A stretch of 64,000 bases of DNA from the human T2T-CHM13v2.0 reference genome, Homo sapiens. This document shows positions 57,671 to 64,000 of the stretch, one piece after another; position 1 is the stretch's first letter, and the number at the start of each line of letters is the position of its first letter. The DNA is taken from the NCBI RefSeq assembly GCF_009914755.1, contig NC_060939.1; one strand, given 5' to 3'. Position numbers and translations under genes: made by a program. Below the pieces are notes generated by a model, which searched no databases, was not told where the DNA came from, and worked only from the letters and a program-made list of their open reading frames with translations.

Positions 57671-59415
57671 CCTCATGAATTGTTGAGCACCATCCCTTTG
57701 GTGCTGTCTGTGATAGTCAGTGACTTCTCATGAGATGATCTGGCTGTTTCAAAGTATGTGGCATCTTCCCCTCCTCCTTGTTCCTACTTTTGCCATGTAA
57801 GTTGCCTGCAGCTCCTGCTTTGACTTCCACCATGATTGTGAGCTTCCTGAAACCACCTCAAAAGCCGGGCAGACATTATTGCCATGCTTCCTGTAAAACC
57901 TGCAGAACTGTGAACCAATTAAACCTCTTTTCTTTGTAAATTTCCCAGTCTCAGGTATTCCTTTATAGCAACAGAACAATGGCCTAACAGTAAGTTTAAC
58001 AAGAAGAATTAAAAAAAAATGTGGGAAGAAACCCAACATGTAAACAGGTAGAAATATATACTTGAGGATTTGAGGGGATAGAAGAGGTGGAAAGATAAAT
58101 TTTAAAAATTATATTGGAACTATAATGTGCTTTCATTCAAATGTTGTTTATAATCACAATAACATACTGCTTTTATATAAGCTGAAATGACATCTAAAGA
58201 TAAAGTGGCTTTGTGGTTGGAAGGATGTAACAGCATTGCTGAGTTGGGCTGGGCTGGAGGAGGGTGTGCAAGGGCTTTAGAAAGTTCATGGACTTCATAA
58301 AACAAAGTGTCTAGGTCTGCCCAACCCTGGCTTTTTGCAGAACACAACCGGGAGGGGCCAGGGCCACGGCAGATCTATGAGAGCTTCCAGAAAGAGCACT
58401 GCTCCTGCCTTGTGCATTCCTTTTGGACTTTGCTTTTTCTCTAGAAGACTGTGGCCACTGGGCAGGTGGACAAAAGATGGTGTGCCTGCTCCAGTGCAAA
58501 GAATGGCAGCATGCTGGATCATCAAATTGATAATTTTACAACTAAAGGAATATTGAAACATTTTGGAAAAATGCTTCCGTAGAACAAATTCACACTCTCC
58601 ACCCCAGCGTTTCATTCTTTCCAGACCCACAGGTTTTGTTCTCTTTGTAGGAAACTATAGATGATTTTGGCTTCTCCAGCATCAACACTAATATTGGTTT
58701 TATAGGAAACCCTGTGACATGCACAAGGAAATATTTCAGATTATGATCATCAAGCCTGCCCAAGTCCTACACAAAGCTGATGCAAGTATATTTAAAAAAC
58801 CATTAGGCCCTGTTACTCACTTCTGTAAGTGGAGAATTCAGAAAGGGCAAGGGAGTCTTTCATTGCCAGCTCCATGTTGACCCTCTCCCTTGTGTTCAAC
58901 ACCAGGCCAGAGATTAACCAGCCCCAGTCCAAATGCCCTCACCCAAATTCAAGAATGCACTCCACTTCTCAATAGGCTGCCCATCCAGATAGACGCTGTT
59001 TTAAGGGGCTTACTGGTGAGAGGAAGAAAGCCTAGGTCTGTGCCCTGAGGGTAGACTGGAGTAATGAAAGTGACTGTTGGGCATGCTTTACCTGGGCAAA
59101 AAGCAACCGGGCCAGGGTCAATGTGCACGGAAATGTCAAAAGTCAATTTTGTTGGCCAATCCAACAGTCCTCTTTGTGTAAGCCTACAACCACTGGTTTC
59201 AGTGAACTCTGGCCAGTCCTAGCTAGATGGCCAGGACTCCACTGGACTGGTTTGAGCAACCCCTGAATAAAAAACACCTGGGTGCCATGTCATAAGGGCT
59301 ATATCACAAGTACAAGAAGGGTGTGTGGCTTGACATACACTACTGGGGAAAAAACAAAGAAATATCATGCAAGTAAATGCAGTAGCTGCTGAGCTGCAGG
59401 GACCAGGTGGGGTCA

Positions 59416-59766
<351 letters not shown>

Positions 59767-62542
59767 TTAAGTAGTCAGAGATAAGGGGTTGAATACTGTG
59801 GGGTGACTGGAATGCAACAGAGCATACATCTTGTCATTTGCACCGCACGTCACCACTCAGAACAGCAAGCTGACATCTGTACTCTGGGGAAGTGAAGCCG
59901 TGCAGGGCATCTCCCTCCCCCACCCACCCCCCTGCCCACTACACCTTGCTATCACACACGATGGAATTTTGAGAGTAGAAGAAGAGATATGTAGAGCAGG
60001 AAAAAAGAATGTGATTTTTATGAATGCTGGAAAAAATAAAAATAAGCCCAGAATTTAGCATAAAGCACAAAGTGTCTAGATGAGAAACCTCCAGGAAAAA
60101 GAATGAATTTGAGGTGTCTGTGGCTGCAGAGGCAAGGCTATGAGCGAGAGCTCAGTGAGGCAGCCTGTGAGAAGAAAATAATTCCTACTACAATGCTTAT
60201 TGGAAGCAAGAGGAATGAGGCAATGATTTTTAAAATTATTAGCCATGAGATCCAGTCCTGAGCTCAAAGAGAAAGAAATAGCTGAGTGAAGCTTCTGAGG
60301 GAAGATGATCTCAGAGAGCGACTTCCCTCCTCAACTAAGAAAGAATCTGTACACAAGCTGCTTAGGAAATGTTTGCTCAAGTTAAGGGTTAATGATTTCA
60401 TTCATCTTATAGAATCCCACCATACTCTGGCGCAACTCATCAGATCCTTTTTTTAAATGTCGTTATGTTGAATTCTTTACATAGTATTGTATGGATGATC
60501 TCATTGTTTCCCAAATAGAGCTCAATTTAGTCTAAAACCATGTGTGGACCATGTATTGCAATTCTCCCTCCCATAGCAATAGACATAAGATTCTGCACTG
60601 AATCATCTGAGGCCATAGACACCAGGAGGCAAGTCAGTGACATGCCCAGAGCTTGTGGAGTTAAGTTACGCTGCGCTTACAGGAAAGGCACGGATCACTC
60701 CCTTGTGGTAGGGTGGGATGGTAGTACTGCAGCTGACGCGCTCTCTTGGAGACTGTATTTTTGACATATTAATATGTCTCAAGGAAGCAAGACAGCTTTG
60801 AGGGCTGAGCTCTTTTCTACGTATGCCACTGATGCCACTGAATGTGAAGATGTGGGTTTCAGGACCCAATAAAGAGAATAGGTTCCTCCGCATTGCTTTG
60901 TCAGGCTTCCCTGAAAAAGGAGACTTTCAAAGGAGAGAGCTTAACCATAATCCTTCATCCTCAGTAACCCAAAACCCACATGACATCACTGAGGCCAAGA
61001 GGTAGTGCCAGCCCTACATTTCAGCACTGTCCAGATATGTACTCTGGGACGGAGCCCAGGCCATTCTGCACATGGTCCCAGCCCAGCCCTCCAGGGCAGA
61101 GTTTGAATTTACTAAGCATTCCAATTTCATGCCCTCTGATTTCCCATCCTATCCTGGGAGGCAGCATCCTCATCCTCTGTGTCCCACAGGGAGGACCTTG
61201 AGACTGCAGAGCTCAGCTGGCCTGGGAATCAGCTGGAGAGCAAGCTAGACAGCCCAGTCTTCCATCTCCAACACAAGCGCTCCCTCCACTGAGCTCTGAA
61301 CTGCTACTAAAAGCTAAGAAGAGAACTGAAGACTTGAGAAACTCTTTTTTATGTAGAACTGCAAACCATGGTTGCTGACGGAATGTATGGAAATCCAAGA
61401 TGTCAGAATATTTTAAGATTCTCTTTTAACATCACATTCATGTGCACCTGGGGACTTTTTAAATTTGAAAATGGCAATGGGATAATTACTGTTTACAAAT
61501 AAATGTGAAAACACCACATAAATGCTACAAAATTAGGCATTCTCACCATTATTCAAAAAGTTTGTAATGTTGTTGCCACTACCGTCTCTCCCCCTTCAAC
61601 TTGGATTTGGGAAGACCGAGCGCTTTGCTTTAGTCACGACTTTGCCTCTCCTGCTGGCTATTTTGAATGGACATGTATGACACAGGCCTCGGCAGATGTC
61701 CCAGACAATGGGCTGAAGGCACACAGGAATAGGTACAGCCAGCACATCTCACAGGCACTCAGCCTGGTAAATGAACCCCAGAGGGACCTGGGCTAGGACC
61801 CTGGATCCAGGCTGATTGGCACAGGCTCAGGAATCCCTAACAATAAGATTTCACAGTGAGTACTTCAGGTCTTTCTAGTTTGGACCCACATGCCACATGA
61901 GTTCTTAGCTTAAGAGGCCAATGCATTTACTAAGTCCTTCTATTGCTTTACCTGCTATGGGGGATACTGTGGATGGTGGTGTGTTGTGGTGGTCCACAGC
62001 CTGTAAAGGGGAGCCACATGGCCCAGACCCAAAGCCCAGCTCTGCCTCTGTGGGTCTGTAGCCATCATTTCGAGCTGTTGGAAATCTAATGGCAATGGCT
62101 GAAAAGCTCTGATGTGCCAATAAATAGTAACCGGCACTGTTAACACTAACAACAAATAATCATATGACTATCATCATTACAGAAAAATCATTCTTCGGTA
62201 GCCTCTAGGCTTCCTGGCCTTGCCTTGACCTTCTGCTCTCTAAAGGGAAATCATCCAGCTGCAGTACAGGAAATGGCTGGGTGGTGGCTTTCGTGTTTTT
62301 TTGTACGTTCACCAGGCTTGTAAGTCTTTCTGTAAATTGCTAGCCTCAACTTATTTGTCATTTAGATTATGTATGAAATATTGTATTTGAAAGCTGTATT
62401 TATAAAAATGAATATGAAATAAAAATATAATTTCTTTGCATTATTTAGTCAAAATATTTTGTTTCTCCTCCTCATGATAAAAATAATCTGGCCTAAATTT
62501 TATCAGTATACGTTTTTACCTTTAGAAGTATCAGTACTTTTG

Positions 62543-62777
62543 CAGATTGAGCATCTCTAACCTAAAAATCCAAAATCTGAAATGTTCCAAAATCTGGAAC
62601 GTTTTGAGCACCTCCATGGTGCTCAAAGGAAATGCTAATTGGAGCATTTCAGATTTTGGATTTTTGGATTAGGGATGCTCAAACTAAGTATAATGCAGAT
62701 ACTCCAAAAGTAGAAAAAAATCTGATTTTCAAAACACTTCTGGTCCCAGGCATTTTGAATAAGGGACACCCAACCTG
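62543..62777 (+). mobile_element. Tigger4a/MER46A-like TcMar MITE
   Basis: Ends CAGATTGAGCATC / GACACCCAACCTG followed by TA; internal AAAATCCAAAATCTGAAATG inverted repeat. Confidence 0.85.
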
Positions 62778-63404
62778 TATTCACTGAGGGTTTTGAGGGA
62801 GGCCATCTAATTACAACTTCCCACTTTAAAGTTTGGTGGTCGTTAACGCTAACAGTTCAATGTATCTGATGGTCAGACCCTGGGCAGCAGAAGCATATCA
62901 TGCTGAAGCCCACAGAGCAGCCGAGGAGCACGGCTGTCTGAAGAGCCAGCAGAACAGGCCCTGAGTCCCTCCCGCGTTGAGTCCAGGTCCAACAGTGCCC
63001 AGAGCCCAAGGGTGAGCCCTCAATAGAGGCCTCTGCCGAGCCCCACCCATCCTAGCTATGCAGAGGCAGCACCTTTATCATGCATTTAGAAGCAATGTGT
63101 ATTGATCACAGTGCAGTCCCTTAGGATGAATGCAAAAAGCACTGTAAGCATTTCAAAGCTGTGCTATAAGACTAGGTGCTTGGGAAGGGGTGGCAGGAAG
63201 GGGGATTTCTCCAATGAAAGCCCTCCAAACTATAGCTGTATCCTATGGAGCTCAGTAGCATCTTAACAGTTATGAGGGATTCCTCAATAATAAGAGTTCA
63301 TAATGTTTGGTTAGCTTTTTTCTTTTCTTAAACAAATCCATGACTTTTACAACATAGTAGACCAAATAACTCTTTACTGTAGTTTTACTGACACTTTAGG
63401 AATT

Positions 63405-63632
63405 ATATGCAGTAGTTAAGGGAGAAGGTCTGGAAGTCATACTAACTGGATTGAAATCTTTCTTCTGAAACTTGGTAATTATATGACTTCGTACCAGTTA
63501 CTTAGCTTCTCTGTATTCTATTTTTGTGCTCTGTAAAACTGGAGCAATAATACTTCGTACTGTGCTGTGAGTCTTCTCCAGAACAGATAAACTACATGAA
63601 TGGCCTTAGCAGAGAATGTGGCACCTAACTAT
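63405..63632 (+). mobile_element. MIR
   Basis: AGTTACTTAGCTTCTCTG...TCTGTAAAACTGGAGCAATAATAC...AGAATGTGGCAC. Confidence 0.75.
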
Positions 63633-63671
63633 GTGATAATTTTCAGCCTTTATTAATCTTGTCTGTTGTAT

Positions 63672-63700
63672 TGATGATGATGATGATGATGATGATGATG
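63672..63700. repeat. (TGA)9 microsatellite
   Basis: Directly visible. Confidence 0.95.
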
Positions 63701-64000
63701 TTACTCAGTGCTCCTGACACTGCGTCATACTTTTTCTGAATTCACCAACTGACATTTCCCAGTGACTGTAGATCTAGACTCAGTCTTGTATTGGCAGGAG
63801 GGACAGAGGGAATGCATGTGCAGGTGTCAGTCATACTCTGAGAGCTGGATCTGTTGGGTTCTTGTCTGGCCAGACCCACAGCCCTAAGATCACAGCTGCC
63901 CTCTTGACCTCGGGGTCACCCTAACTCTAGTGAATATCCCCTTCACTCTGGCTCTCATGCTTGCCTCCCAGAGCACAAGCGTCAATCCTCCAATGTTGAA

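Larger units (their letters stand above)
56995..57989 (+). mobile_element. MST MaLR LTR containing an inverted MST
   Basis: TGATATGGTTTGGATCTGTGTCCC start, GGCCTAACA end; flanks GTATG/GTAAG. Confidence 0.85.

Noticed and set aside
62560-62680. Long hairpin-like palindrome as a possible miRNA
   Set aside because: Intrinsic to the Tigger4a/MER46A MITE

Overview
Primate, almost certainly human, genomic DNA. The right third holds the 3' end of GABRB3 (GABA-A receptor beta-3, known to lie at 15q12) on the minus strand: the penultimate coding exon (59678-59434, M2-M3 and start of the intracellular loop), a ~12.9 kb last intron, and the terminal exon (CDS 46571-46230, loop and M4) with a ~4.2 kb 3'UTR ending near 41985. 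The rest is repeat-dense sequence: a full-length but dead L1PA7-like LINE nested in an older L1, other old L1/HAL1 pieces, about 17 Alus, MST/MLT1 MaLR LTRs, an LTR12 (ERV9) solo LTR, DNA-transposon relics, MIRs and microsatellites. Nearly all other ORFs in the track are repeat-derived or chance. I see no evidence of a new gene system. The most interesting items are small structural ones: a 33-nt tailless U2 snRNA retrocopy with target-site duplication, an Alu whose right arm is replaced by inverted templated fragments, an inverted MST nested in an MST inside the GABRB3 intron, an L1 insertion coupled to a host deletion, and a tailless internal L1 fragment. Repeat subfamily names and boundaries were assigned by eye from remembered consensus sequences and are approximate.
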